Shown: in pieces, positions 21,205 to 35,300 of the stretch | How positions within the stretch are numbered: position 1 is the first letter of the stretch | Layout of the letters: every line of letters starts with the position of its first letter | Origin: Eukaryota sp. TZLM1-RC | Taxonomy: Eukaryota; Protista; Metamonada: BaSk clade | Length of the DNA stretch: 64,000 nucleotides | Direction: 5' to 3' | NCBI GenBank assembly: GCA_040285825.1 | Contig: JAUPSS010000002.1 | Span: forward strand, 2,728,001 to 2,792,000 | Translations under genes and position numbers: made by a program | The notes under the pieces: generated by a model | Databases searched by the model: none | Told to the model about the DNA's origin: nothing | The model's input: only the letters and a program-made list of their open reading frames with translations

Positions 21205-21590
21205 TTTATTATTCTCACTTATTGCAATCAAATAAACCATGACATGTAGTATACCGATTCTTTTCTTTCTTGTAACATCTGGGATTTGTTACCCTTAAAA
21301 GCGTATCATCCTGTTCAAAACCAACGTGGCCTTTTGCTGGACTGAAAGCTTTATTAACCATCATAACTTGAAAGAAATTTTTTTTTCAGAAATTGATTCC
21401 ATTCACTTTCTTAAGTAGGTCGTTGATGTTTCAAATTATTTATATCCGTTTTTAGCATAACGGATCAATATTATAAAAACTTTCTTTTGGATTACCAAAT
21501 TGCTGAACATAGTTATTCAACAACCAACTTTCAGTCTTTTATTTGTGAATAAAAGCTTGCATTTTATAATTACTTCACAAGCGAAGACTA
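21205..21590 (-). pseudogene. Heavily decayed Fanzor1-like nuclease fragment
   Basis: Manual translation across stops and frameshifts: YKMQAFIHK*KTESWLLNNYVQQFGNPKE/VFII../NLKHQRPT*ESEWNQFLKKNFFQVMMVN..LRVTNPRCYKKEKNRYTTCHGLFDCNK*. Confidence 0.65.
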
Positions 21591-24084
21591 AAAATCTAGT
21601 TTGAAAATCGCTTGTCGAAGAAAAGAAACAGAAAAAATGATGAGAATTGTAGACAAAAACAATAAATTATCAGCGTTTTTGTGCAAATTCAGCAACTTTT
21701 GTAGATTTTCCTTCCGTAGGACTTTAGCAACCAAATTCAATCTTGCTTTCTCCAGTTTGATGAGTCGTCCACCTTTTGTTTTTCATGATCCTATTCAAAG
21801 ACCAACACATTTGAGTCATTCTCAACCATTTTTATTTCTTCATTAATTCAACACCTATTGAATTAGTGTTCAGTTTCGTGTTCAAGAACAATGTCCAATT
21901 CTTGATTTGGTTTTTCACTTCCAAACTATAATAAATCACGTTTTGCTGGGTCACCAACAACGATGCATCTTTCATGAAAAATATTGGCATCAATATCAAT
22001 ACATAAATCAAAAATACTGGCCTTGTTGTCTGGCATACCTTTTAGCTTCCACTTACCGACGAACAATTTCCACTGCAATTTTGAAAATTGTTGTTGAAAA
22101 ACATCTGTGTGGATAATGTTGTTGAATTTTTAAATATTTTGATTGAACATCAGTTGTTTTAAATAGAGAAAATTGAAACAAAATTAAGAAATATTGCAAA
22201 TTCTGGTCATCAATGCTTTGTACAATTTGGCAAATATACGCCACAGTGATAAGCTAGATTTAAAACAAGACAAGCAAAAAACAGTTTCAAGCAATAGTCA
22301 TCATGTATTTGTAGTTGTTGAATCTTTTAAGCCATTTCTTTTAGTTCAAATACAACATTTGAATGTTTAACCAATGAGTTGACAGTTGCGCAAATAGTGT
22401 TAATTGATGGTAAAATAAACTTATCTGTTTGAAACTACAAGGATGAAATTGATGAAGCTATGATTGAGTCCAAAAACTATTGTCTGAAGCTTTTTTTTTC
22501 AGTTTCGCTTATACGGTAGAACATTACTGCCAATATACTTTGTATAAGTAATTGAAGGGGAAAATACCATAAAATGCTATCAGATCTCTCCAAAATCAGC
22601 AGTGTTTGGGTGAACAATGTTCACGGAATGTTCAAAGAAGGAATCGTTTACAATTTTTTATATGAAGTTAAGAGGTTGTAGATGCTTGAAGATGAGTTCT
22701 AAGAAGCCATTAAGTCATCTTCCCACTCAGCAAATCTTTCAGTAAACTCACGAAGGGCACCAGTAGCAACACAAGTAATAAGAACTGAATTTTATTGAAT
22801 TTTGAGCTGTGGTTTTACTTTAAACATCTGAATATTTATTGATATTTATTAATAGTTATATTAAGCTAGCAATAGTTGAATTATTATATAATTATCTTAA
22901 TATTTCCCGGTTATTATTCAGCATTTGAGCAGACTTTCCGTATCACAAACAAAAATAAACTAGCTTTTAATAAACATTTTCAACCTCGATTTGAGTAAAG
23001 ACTGTCTACTTGGAAAAGAGATGATAGAGGATGACTTGAGATTACCACAGATAAGTGGTACATTTCCAAAAATTGTTGAAAAAATGGTGCCATGATTTAT
23101 CAAAATCATAACAATTAAATTGATTATGTCAAAAGAAAGAGAAATAACAAGACAGTTGGTATGAACTGCAAAATATGCGAAAATAATGTAAGTGGCGTCT
23201 GTTGGTATAGTGATGTTATCACAGCATTAATCATGTACAGGATTACTCACTCTCATATTCATTGATATTGTAGACCAAAATTATTGTAATAAAATTATTG
23301 CACAGGTTTGTGCCCTGAAAAAAACTGAAGTCCTCAAATAGAAATCCTTACTATCTTACTAAGATGACCAGTTGACTGCACTTCTCATTATTATTCGCAA
23401 TGCCAAGTCACAGAGGAATTCCGAATGCATCAATCAAACCCACACTACGCAGTAAGGAAGTAAGGAAAGAAGGCAACTCAGGGTTAAAACAGATGGTTAG
23501 TTATGGTGGTGACTGGGACCAAAGAATGTCCAAACATCTTCAACACAGGAAGCTTGAACCAGGAGCCAAGGCTACCCATCCCCAAACCGAACCTCCTCAT
23601 TACACGAAGAAAAGTACTAAATCAATGCTTCTTCCATGGGATATGGGTGGCTCTAAAAGAACCCCTTATCATAGTGTTGCGGAACCATGTACTCGTACCA
23701 AGACTGGTAACAATTGGCAAATACATGTGCTTGGGGGTAAAAAGCGAACCCATTAGATAAAATGTTCATTCACAAATAAAAACTATTCAAAAGATGTTAA
23801 AAAAATGTAAAAATTCATCTGTGGTTCTCACTTTAGTTATATATTGGTGAATTTTTTTCTTTCACCAACTCAAATAACTACCTTTTGTCTTAAATGAGTC
23901 TTACATTTCAAATTTCAGCATTATGTTTGAGTAGACAGGACTCAATATCAGACCACAAACAATTCAAGTAGAAAATGTATGCGTTTAGTCTATTTTTTAG
24001 ATGTGGTTGAGTCAGTTGCCCATTATTTGCAATTATGTTCAAGACAATAATTTGAAATTATCGAAGCAGCTGAAGCTTGAAGTC

Positions 24085-24210
24085 TCTCTCTGCTTGTTGT
24101 CTCGCCATTGCTTCTCTTTTTCAAAAATTACCGAGGTTATCTATTAATTATAGCAAATTGAATTTTTGACTGCCCCAAAAAGACATCAATCCTCTTCATT
24201 GCTCTTTCTT
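24085..24210 (-). mobile_element. Short RLE 3' fragment (subfamily B)
   Basis: DNA similarity to 3245-3360 (CTCGCCATTGCTTCTC...ATTATAGCAAATTGAATT). Confidence 0.7.
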
Positions 24211-24224
24211 TTCGTTCTCATTTT

Positions 24225-25150
24225 TATTTATTTATGGAATAAGGAATAAAAAAATCATCAAATACACAACTAACACTCCACATCCTCTCAATATCTGCGT
24301 CCCCAACATCGAAACAGTTAATTACTAAAGATTGAGAGAATTTCCCAAAAGAAGAGAGGGAATCAGAAAATTAATTCGCCATTCAATTAAAAAGAGAAAA
24401 TACATTCCTGTTTGATCAGTGAACACTATTGAAAATTCTTCCAGTTCTTTCCTTTACAACTAAATTAAAAGCCTCGAGGAAAGCCATAGCAGCCTTAATT
24501 AGAGATCGAAGCAAGGAAAAGAATAATGACATAAATTATATTGGGCATGAGAATTTTCATTAACTGAGGAAAGGAGCTTCGCGTATTTAGCAATTTAGTA
24601 TTTTTCGCCACCAAAAAGAGGCTTATTGACATGTGAAAGAATGATAAGTTCATTTGAAGAATTACAAGGGTCTATGGACAGCATCTAAAATAGTAAAACT
24701 ACCATTTAAGCCGAGAACCACCAAATCACCTTTTGTCAGATACATAGCTGCTCTGTTGTAACGCGTACTATCAATATTGAGGTCATCAAGAATTAATTTC
24801 GATAACAACGGCTCTAAAAAGGAATCTACTCGATATGATTTGCACATTACATAAATTTGGTCACTGACATTGTTATGCACTTTACTTCTAAATGTAATGA
24901 AATGTTTACAGTTCAAAAGATGAGTAATCAAAAGAAATTTACCACATTTACAAGTTAATTCATTGGGCAAATTGTTTGGCCATAGAAAACAACGAAAACG
25001 CATGTTGAAAAGCCATTCATTGTTTTTTAACGGAAGTCCATAAATAGAGGGAATTTGAGTTACTAAAGCAGCAGCAGAATTTTCACCAATGTCCAAGATT
25101 TCCGAAAGCGGGATTTTCAGTTTTGGCCAAGCCAAGTCTTACTTTATAAT
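24225..25150 (-). mobile_element. Degenerate RLE retrotransposon 3' region
   Basis: IPSIYGL, MRFRCFLWP, CKCG..HLLNC, HNNVSD, EPLL, KGDL; continues via frameshifts to KERTGRIF...EEDVEC*. Confidence 0.85.
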
Positions 25151-25241
25151 CTAAGCTTTCATATAATTAAAATAGAAATTTCATTCCTGAAACAGTCACA
25201 TTTTACAACTCAACAACAAACCTTAGCTAATACTTTTTCTA

Positions 25242-25770
25242 CTACGAACCCCATCCACTAAATGACGGGACATTTTCACTATTCACTTGTATATCAAATC
25301 GATTGTTATAAAACTCCGTAATATTATTCAAAATGAAGTTAATATAACGAGGAAGAGCTTTAAGTAACGAAAATACGATTCTGTTCTTCCAAATCAGAAA
25401 ATCAAATGTGCGACCACTTTCTTTGAGAAGTTTCCCCAAATCATCTAAAAAATGAAGACCTTCACTGCCAATGGTACCAATGTTTATACCTCTTCTTCGA
25501 TTGAGGCGTTGAAGAAGAACTTCCTGTTTTGATTTCTTGGAATGTCCTGCAACTTTAAGTAAATGTTGAATGTCAGAATTAGAACTCCTTTTCCACGGAT
25601 ATACGGTGGTACAATCGATTTTTAGTTCAGTTCCATCATACCAAGCACATTGAATGTTACCTCGTTTTTGGCTCAAACTGAAATTTAATTCATCAAACAG
25701 TGGTTCTAAACGGACTGGCTGATGAGCACATTTTAGCTAATCGTAAATACAATCACGAACATTCATATAA
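25242..25770 (-). mobile_element. Degenerate RLE retrotransposon 3' region (another subfamily)
   Basis: NVRDCIYD*..LEPLF..KRGNI..IDCTTV..GTIGSEGLHFL..WKNRIVFSL. Confidence 0.8.
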
Positions 25771-26046
25771 TTTAACCAGATGGTGCTGAAGCTTTTTCAG
25801 GCAAAAATGTTAATTTGGGAGTGATCGGTTGGGAATTTCTTGAACATTCCACGGAAAACACTGAATTCAGACATCACTGGGAAAATGGTCTCATTCAAAT
25901 AGAAGTTGATTTAAGGAAATATCTGAGTGCTCTTGCTTTATACATTCGCTTTAAATTCAATGGAATCTATATGATTAAATTTCCTTCTTCAAACCAAAGT
26001 TTTCACTTGCAACATTGGATGAGACAAAATCAACAAGTCAGAGTTA

Positions 26047-26290
26047 TCAATCGCAGTATCTATCATCAAAATGAAACTTGTTTAATGACCGTGTTTCTCT
26101 CAGCAAAGGCTCTTTAATACATGAGATTCTTCCATTTCTTGCCATATTAAATACAGTGTCCCCGACATCATCATTTAATGAAGGACGATAAGTCATCAAT
26201 TTAGTACAATTTAATGCATGGAGTAAGGTGAGCTGTGGTGAATTCAAACAAATACATTTTCTTTTAGAAGAAGTTGGTTTCTCTCGTTGA
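26047..26290 (-). mobile_element. RLE retrotransposon zinc-finger/endonuclease fragment
   Basis: KCICLNSPQLTLLHALNC..YRPSLNDDVGD..KEPLL. Confidence 0.75.
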
Positions 26291-26388
26291 TATTAGTATT
26301 TTGGCGATTCCGAAATATTACAAGAATCAAGTAGTCCAATAATATACATATAAAAAAACAATATTACAAACAAAATTTATACACAAAA

Positions 26389-29300
26389 CTAATTAACGTC
26401 ATTACGTCCCAAATGAACAAAAGGGTTTTGAAGAATATTGGTAGCAAAAGCACGATTAAATTTGTGGAAAGTTTCGACTTTACCAAAGACAAATGCTCTT
26501 ATAGACACAATAAGTGAAAAAATAGCGACAAATCCAATGAAAATTAACACAGTGTCGATAAACATTTTGGAATAATTGATAAAGTCCAAAGAAATTGCAA
26601 ACACCAACATAAATAACACCGCCTCAATTGCTAGATAAGTTGTTTGGAGTGAATGAGCGATTTCATTTGCATAAGATCGTCTTCTTGAATTAATTGCCAA
26701 GGCTACAAGACAAGCAACAAAACCAAAAGCACTTTGGAATAATAAACCTGAACCTTCAAATAAGAAAACAACACCAACAACAAGTAATAAATGAACTTGG
26801 AAACCAAATTCATCAATGAAGCTCTTACTGGCTGTTGTTGATGTAAAAACTCGTTTTTTAGGAATAAAATAAAAGTAAACAATAAACCCAAAATAAATAG
26901 AAATAATTAAAATAGTAATAATAAACTGAATAATCCAAATTAATGATCCACATTGTAAATCATTATAAAATATTGAAAATTTGAAATCTGTGGAATCCAG
27001 CCCTCGACAACTGAATACAGATAGTAAATTGTGAGCAGGAACAGCAAAGAAAAGCTGGAAGAATACAGAAGAAAGGGCAACAGCTCGTCGCAAAGAACCA
27101 ATAACTAGAATAATTGGTAATAACATCGCAGAACCCCAATAAATAGAGTTAAAACCTGCAGGCAAACCAGTGCAACCAGCGATTGGAGATCCCCATGGTC
27201 GAAGCAAGATTAAATCCAAAATGTCAAAAACTCTGTGAACCGCCACTGGTAATTCTATAGCAGTAACTGTTCTAATCGCACAGAGAGCTTGTATGAAACG
27301 TACAAGAGGTAAATAAAACCGCAAAGATGAAAACTTAGTTCTTGAATCCAACTTTAGGAGAGGAAATAAAGATAAGTATAAAGTAATTTGAACAATAAAG
27401 GCAAGGATAATTAATAAGACATGTGGACATTCAAGACACAAATTGCCACTAGCATACATACCATCTTGACAATATGAACACAAGGGACCTTCATAACCTT
27501 CAAAGCAAGATTCAGTAGAAGTACAATTACCTCTACATCCAGAAATTTTACAGAAGGAAACAGTACCATCATCTGCTTGGTAAAAGGAATCTTGGACACA
27601 AAACTCATTAAAAGATTCACACCAAAGACCAGAAGGACACTGAATACAGTCACCATCTAGATAATAAAGATTACCCATACAGACACACTCAGTAAAGTCT
27701 TCATTAGCTCCCATTCTAAGACCACATGGAATACATTCATCCATGCCTTGATCTGGGGCTACAGAGCGGTGATCACAAGGGGTACAACCAGTGTCGTTAG
27801 GACCTCTTCTGGTTCCTGGCAGGCATTGTGAACAAGAGCTAGACCTTGCAGCAGAATTCCATGAACCAAGAGGACAAGGTTCACATTTTCCATTTACAAA
27901 TTTAGTTCCGATTGGACAATCTACGCAGTTTCCTTCACCGTCTATTTCTTGTCCTTCTTTACATTCACCTCCTTCAATAGTGAATTCGGCAGGCAAAAGT
28001 CCAGAAGACACAGCAAAAGCTGAATGGAAAGCAGGGGCTCCCAAAACAGAAACATTAATAAAATCAGCTTTACCTTCAACAAAGTTCTTTACAGGATTGC
28101 CTTCAAAAGCAAAAGTACCAGTTCCTGGGATAAGTGCCACGTGGCGATTGATTGGGACAGTATTATTGAAAACGTCTTGAATAAAGAGAAAAACTGAAGT
28201 AAAGTTTTGCTGTTCAGCAACTATTCTATAAGGTGGAGAAGCAAAATCCGAACCATAATTAGAAGCAATATTTTCCGAATTAAATGAATTAATTCTAAAT
28301 AGTTGAGTCGAGTTGATATAAACACTACCACCAATTGGAGCAGTATTGAGAGTGAAAATGCACTTGTCAATAACAGAGTGTCTTGGTTCAACTTTATTAA
28401 TAAAGATTGCACCACCAAATTCAGTTGCAGTGTTTTGATGGAATACGGAATTGGTAATTGAAAAAGAATTTGAATCAACAAAGATAGCTCCACCAGAGAC
28501 AGATGAACAAGATTCAAATGAGGAATTTTGAACATCCAATGAAGCAATATTTGAGGAATAAACGGCTTGATTGCTGTTGCTAAATGAAGAATTAATAATA
28601 GTTATAGATTGAATAGACAAGCCTTGAATTGCAGGTTGTTTGGATGAAACTAACTTGGAATTGGAGATAAATAAATCTCCAGAAGTTGTCGCAATCAAAA
28701 TTGATTGAATGTCAGAACTAATATCGACATTATTTATATCGAAAGAAGATGAATGAGAGATGATTAAAGGTTCAGTGAGATGGTAGTTGTCCAATTGAGA
28801 ATCAGAAATTCTAATAAAGGACTTTCTAGAAATTAATAATTGATTAGTTTCTGATAATTGATTAATATTGGCCAACGAAACAGTGGATTTAAAAGTATTG
28901 AAAACAAGAGGGGTAATAACACTTGAAGCAATGAAAGTATCTACTACTAAATCAGAATGAATTGTTTTAAAAATAGTTTCAGAATATTGTGAATTAATTA
29001 CCCTGAAATCACTAAATTCATTATTGCCATTGAATAATTCAACACAAATTGAACCAAGACTTTCGCTAATGATGGTATTATTAAATTTCAATTTAGAATT
29101 AGTAGAAGAAATTAATTTGTTATTTAAAAGTGTAGCAACAAAATCATTGATAAAAAGCGTAGAAGATTCGGCATTAAAAACAATACCATCAATTGAAGCA
29201 ATAGTAATTGAATAAATTTCAAGTTGGGAGCCAGAACCAACAGAAATTAATGGACCACTAAGATCAGAAAATTGGGAGTTTACTAGGGTAATTTTACTGT

Positions 29301-32300
29301 GGATTGAATCAATTATTCGTGAAGACAAAGAGATCAAACTTGAATTAACTTTCAAATTATCAATATTTAAAACAGAATTAGTTGACTTAATTGCAGTTTC
29401 ACACCCACTGAATTTGAAACCAGAAACAGTAAGATTGCCTTCACTAATGATTTCCAGACCAATTCCTCCATTTTCACAAGTAAATTCATTATTAGAACCA
29501 TTTACAACGCCTATTCCAGTATTTCTAAATACTAATGGTTCATATTCAGAATAGTTTCCCTTTAAAAATTCAATATAATCATCCTCCAAAGTTCTAGATA
29601 AAGTAGCTTCCAATGTTTTACAAGGAACATCAGATGGTCCACAGCAAAGGGAATCAAAACCTAATGGTGAGATAAAGAAATAGTAACGATAATCAGGATC
29701 AATCTTATTACCCACTTCAGCGTACATTTGAGTAGAAGTGTAATTGAAGCCAAAATTAGACAAACAGTTACCAGTAATTTCATTGAATTTCCCAGTGTAA
29801 AACTCATGTTCAAAGAAAGTAAATTGAGTTCCTCTTCTAAGTTCAAAGGTGGGTTCGAAGTTTATAAATAAATCACCATTATAATTAATAGATTCGACTA
29901 CAATTGTATCAAAAGTGAGTTTGTCATGAATAGAAACATTGACAGTTGAAGTTGAAGTTAGATTTAACAAACCACCATGTTGATAGTGGCCAAATACCAT
30001 TAAACTGCCTGAGATAAGGATATTACCAAAAGAACTTGCCCCATTTGAGACAACCAAAGAGCTCGATTTGGGCAAGTTAAATGATTCAACGGAAAATTGG
30101 GCAGTGGAATTTAAAACAACATCGCCAGTAATCTGGGGGTCCGAAACTGTCAAATTACCAGCAATTTCAGCACCAAAAGGAATAAAAGTCTGAGCATTAA
30201 TTTCAAGATTATTGAATTCAGAGAAAATGAGAGATGAATTGAACAAAACAGAAGAATAACTATCACCAAAAATACCCAAAAATTCAACAATATTATCAAT
30301 AAAGGCTTTTTGAATCACTAAATCTGATCCTTCTAAAATAATATCAGAAGAACACAAACTGGAAATGGAACCAGTAAAATTAATAAAAGAATTAATAAAT
30401 GTTGAGGGTGACTCGGTGCAAGTTTGAATAGTTTGAACAGACAAATTTGCATAATCAACAACACCACCTTTGATAATAAAGGTAGAAATAGAAGCATTTG
30501 ATGTAAAAACACCCCCGGAAATTTCAAATAATTCCAATTCTAAATTAATGTGAGAGGCAATATTTCCATTAGATTGGGAAATTTTACAACTAGATGGAGA
30601 TCCAAATGAAACATCAACAAATTCTTGAATTTCAAAGAGTCCTCCATTAATTTCCAGTAACGAATTGGTCATATTAAGAAAAGAACCATCATTAAAAATA
30701 ACTTTTCCATAATTGGAGATGACGAATTCTTTAATATTGAGAACCTTGGCAGTAGAATTAATTAATAACAGACCTCCTTCAAAAGAATTAACTGAAAAAT
30801 ACTGCACTTCAGAAGAGAGATCAATTAAACCACCAGTTGATTCTTGAATTTGTAAATGAATTAAATCGGAAAAAACTCTTACTGTACCATCAATTGAGGA
30901 AATAGTAAGGTTATCAACGAATATAGCATCATAACTAATTAAAACATAACCATCAAGAGAACGAATCGATACATTTACATTATTTGAATCATTGACTAAT
31001 TCAGTAAATCCATAATTATTTAAACAATAATGCTCAAAACATTCAAGAGTTCCATAGAGATAAGAAGTACCATCAAACTCAGTAACAATAGAACCAAAGG
31101 AATTACAATTACTGGAACTGGAAAATACAAGCTGATCAGAATTGATTAATGAACTGTGACTATAAATAGTAACAAGAGAATTGAATGTAGAATTAATTGA
31201 AGTACGGAAAGCAGTTTCAATAAAAACCTTGCTAAAGGAATTGAATTCAGAATTGGAACCAATAAATTCAGAATTATTGAAAACTAAAACATTATATTCT
31301 TGATCAATAAAACTGTTGTTACAGTTAATTGTTGATTCTTGAATTAACCCTGTGCAATGAAGAAGGAAATGGTGATTAAAAAGTTCTATTCTTCCATACG
31401 AAATAATACATTTTGAGTCGATTAATGCTTGAGTTGTTGCATATCCTGACATTTCCAAATTTTTGACATCAAGACTGTCAGTTACTGAAATATTTCCTGT
31501 GCCCAATCGAGTTCCATTAAAGGAAACAAAGTTGTCAACCAAAAGATCAGATTGCTTGTCGGAATAATTAAGACTTCCACCATCAAGGTTAAGGTGGTTG
31601 AATTCAAGAGCACCAATAGATTCATTTCCAATAAACAACAACGAGTTTTCAAGTAATGTAACTGAATGAAGTAATCCAGATAGTTCAGATCCAGTGGATA
31701 TATCAAATACAGCAATAAAAGGTCCCAATGTCCAATTAGAATAAGTAGCAACAAGTCTAGAAGAATCCATTAAGAAAACTTCACCAAATTCTAAATCAAG
31801 ATTAAATCCAGTAATATTGGCAGTACCATTAATAAAAACAATACCATTATCGGAAACAAACAAATCCAAACCATCAACAATACAATGTTCAATTAAGAGA
31901 CTAGCATTAGAAACCTTAACTGTGGAGGGGTAAAGATGACAACTGTCTGGTTTAGATAAAGATAAAACAGCTGAATCAGTGACTGTGATATTATTAATAA
32001 GGTCAAATACTGTCAAAATGTCAACCTTTCCGTTCATTGAATAAACAAATAAAGAACCACCTCCATAAACGCTGGCTTGATCTCCAAATTCAAAAGTACC
32101 ATGGATTTTGATAGTGGAAGAATAAGAAGCATTAATGAGACCAGTTGAATGAGAACTAACACCACCAATATCAATAATAGAATCATCCAAAACAAAAACA
32201 TCTCCAAAATTGAAGAAATCAGAAGAAATCATAGCCAAACTGTCAGAATGAACAGTGAATTTGCCATGGTTAACAACAGAAGGGTCCAAATCAGTATTAA

Positions 32301-35300
32301 TTTCACCAATGAGGGAGGCTTGGTTCTTAAAGTAAACATGACCGTAATTAGTGTTAATTATTTGAGAACCATTAACTAGATGAATCAGAGTGTCTTCAAT
32401 TGTCATTTCATCGTAATTAATTAAAGAATGGCCATTTAACAAATCTTTAGGCTTATTTTCTGTAAACAAAGAATTTGCCAATAAAGTAGTTGTTCCAGGA
32501 TCAGTTAGAGTTCCAGCAGTCCACGAAAAGTGTTGAGTCACATTCATATTACCATTACCTGACCTAATACCACCACAAAGGTTAAATGTTTCAGTATTAA
32601 TAGAGTTGTTGTTATTAAGTAAAAGGATTCCCCCGCACAGAGAAACTTCTTCAAAATGAACGACAGTGGGTACAAAGGTATCTTCAAAGTAAATTAATCC
32701 ATCATCCTGGAATAGGTTAACATTGGTGATATTAGATGAACTTCCATCATTGAATAATAATTGACCACCAGAAACTTTCCACAAAGAATCTGAAAAATCT
32801 ATCGTTGAATACTTGGTGATATTGATAAGACCTGAACGAGATAATTCAATAGTGGAGAGATTTTTAATTAAAACGTCTAAAATTTGAGCAGATCCTCCTG
32901 AAATATTAAGCTTCAACTCGTCTATAATTCCAAAAGCTTGAAATAAACCCCCAGATTGAACAATGAAACCCTTTTCAACATAAAGATCATGAGCAAAAGT
33001 AACTTCGCCATCATCAATTAATAACTGTCCAGAATGATCAAACAAGCCATCAACAAAAACATTAGATTCTGGTCTGGAAACGTGAATATTTCCCGGTGAA
33101 TTAATTACTATTGAAGTATTTAAAAAGTCGAATTTTCCAGTTAATTCCAGGGTACAACCTTCATTAATTTGAATAGTATCAGTAGAAAAAGAGTCTGTGC
33201 CAATTGATAAAGTACCATTTTCAATTAAAACAAATTCATGGTTTTGGAGACCTAGAAGAAATTCAAAAGTGTCAGCAGTGGAAATTTTAGCAAATATACC
33301 ATAATTAATAAATAAAGGCAATGCTTCATTTTCAGAAGTGGGATTTAATTCGCCTTGGCCTCCAATTTCAAATACAGCATTGGGTTTGTTAATGATTCTG
33401 GTAAAAGCACCAGCTTCAAGTGTTCCTTCAAGGAGAGTCACATTACCATAATTAACCAAAGTGTGACCCTCATCTATCTCCATTAAGGAGTCACCTTCAA
33501 CCAGCATTAGCTTCATATTTTTAGTAATACCAGAATCATAAAGTTTACCTCCTTTCCAAGTAAAAACATTAGAAACCTCAATAATGCCAAAACCAGATCT
33601 TTTTCCATCATTCATATAAAGATTTTCTATATAAAGATCATTAGTGGAATTGAAAAATAATTCACCCCCATCTATAATAACAGTTTCAAATAAAGGTTGG
33701 GTTTGAACAGAAGAGTCAAAAATAATGAGATCACCTTCAATTAAATGAAGAATGGAATTGGTTATGGAAATTTGGGACAATGGATGGAAAACAACCACAC
33801 CACCATTAATTTCGAGTTTGGACTGGCTGAATTCCACAACAGAATTTTCAAATAAATTAACAACTCCTCCATTGCAAGTAAGTGATTCATATTGTTCCAT
33901 ACCAGCTCCGTGAACATTGAGTTTTCCCTTATTTACTTTGCTAGTAATTAGAGTGACATTTGAACCTTCTTTAAAGTTGACTATTCCATCAGCAAGTAGG
34001 ACTAGGTTGATTTCAAAAACATTGGCTTCACTGGTAATGTCCATTTGAGCTTCATCAGCGGTAACATTTACAAAACCAGTGTGGTTGAATGTGTTTGAAA
34101 CAACCAAAAATGACGATGATGATGTGAGAGACACGTCACCGCTTCCTTCCAGCAACGAAGTATGATTAAGATGCAATTGACCCTTGATGTCTAGTATTGA
34201 CTGTTGAGTGACCTTTATGACTCCAGTTGACCACGAGACACCTGAAACAATCAAAGAGTTTGAACTTGAACAACTAGAGCTTTCATGAATCTTAATTAGT
34301 CCATAATTATGGAGCGAAATGAAAATAGTAAACTCACCACAGCCTTGTTTGATAAGAGTGGAGTTGTTTTTGTTAATAAATAAGGGGGTAATGTCATCAG
34401 AAACATCAGTAATGCTACCTTTTCCGGTAATAATAAAGTTGGAGTCAAAATTATTAATAACTCTTGTATTATTATAGCACTTCAAGTTACCATCTTCAAA
34501 AACACTGTAACGAGAAAGTAACAATTCATGATTTGATCCGAGGTGCTTGTGTTGAAGAGTTCTAAATAGAGTAAACTCAATACTTTCGGTAATAGCTTTC
34601 GATTTAAGATACCCAGACTCCCAAATAAAAACGGTATTAATAACAAGAGTGCGGTCTCCTTGGCGAGTACCTCCATTCAGTAACAAAGCATCAATATATA
34701 CAGGGTTAGCTTGGCTTTCATTTTCAAAAATACCACCCGATAACTCCATATTATCAAAGTGTACATCATAAGCACCGGAAAGTGTTGAAGTTAAAAGTAA
34801 ATGGCCACCAGAAATTGTCGCATTTGTATGATTAAATTTAGCATTATAATCAGCGATAAACTTTCCACCCGATAGGATTAAATTGGATTGAGAAAAATCA
34901 ATCAACTTGGCAGAATTGACAGAGAGTAGTCCACCATCTTGGGAAATGATAGAAACGAAGTAAATACGACTGTTACTCAAAATGGAAACAACACCATCAT
35001 TTAAAGTTCCAGAAAACGATGTTATGATGGAATTATCAGTAAAACGAAGAACACCTTGATCCACCACAAAATTAACAACTAAAACACTACTTTGATTGAC
35101 AAATTCAGCAACAGCATCTGTATGTTCAAGTTTCAAATCTCCCTTTACGTCAAAAGTTCCAGAGTTAATGAAATATGAATCCGCTGAATTAAGAACAATT
35201 AAAGATTCTTTTAAACCATTGATTATTGCAGTATCAGTAGAACTAACTGTAGAGTTTATAATTAGCCTACCCATAATATTGATTAAATCGGAACTAGTAC

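Noticed and set aside
22400-22800. Coding-looking fragments here (minus strand) and at ~2940-3110 and ~10360-10700
   Set aside because: Multiple stops and no motif I can assign; probably pseudogene debris.
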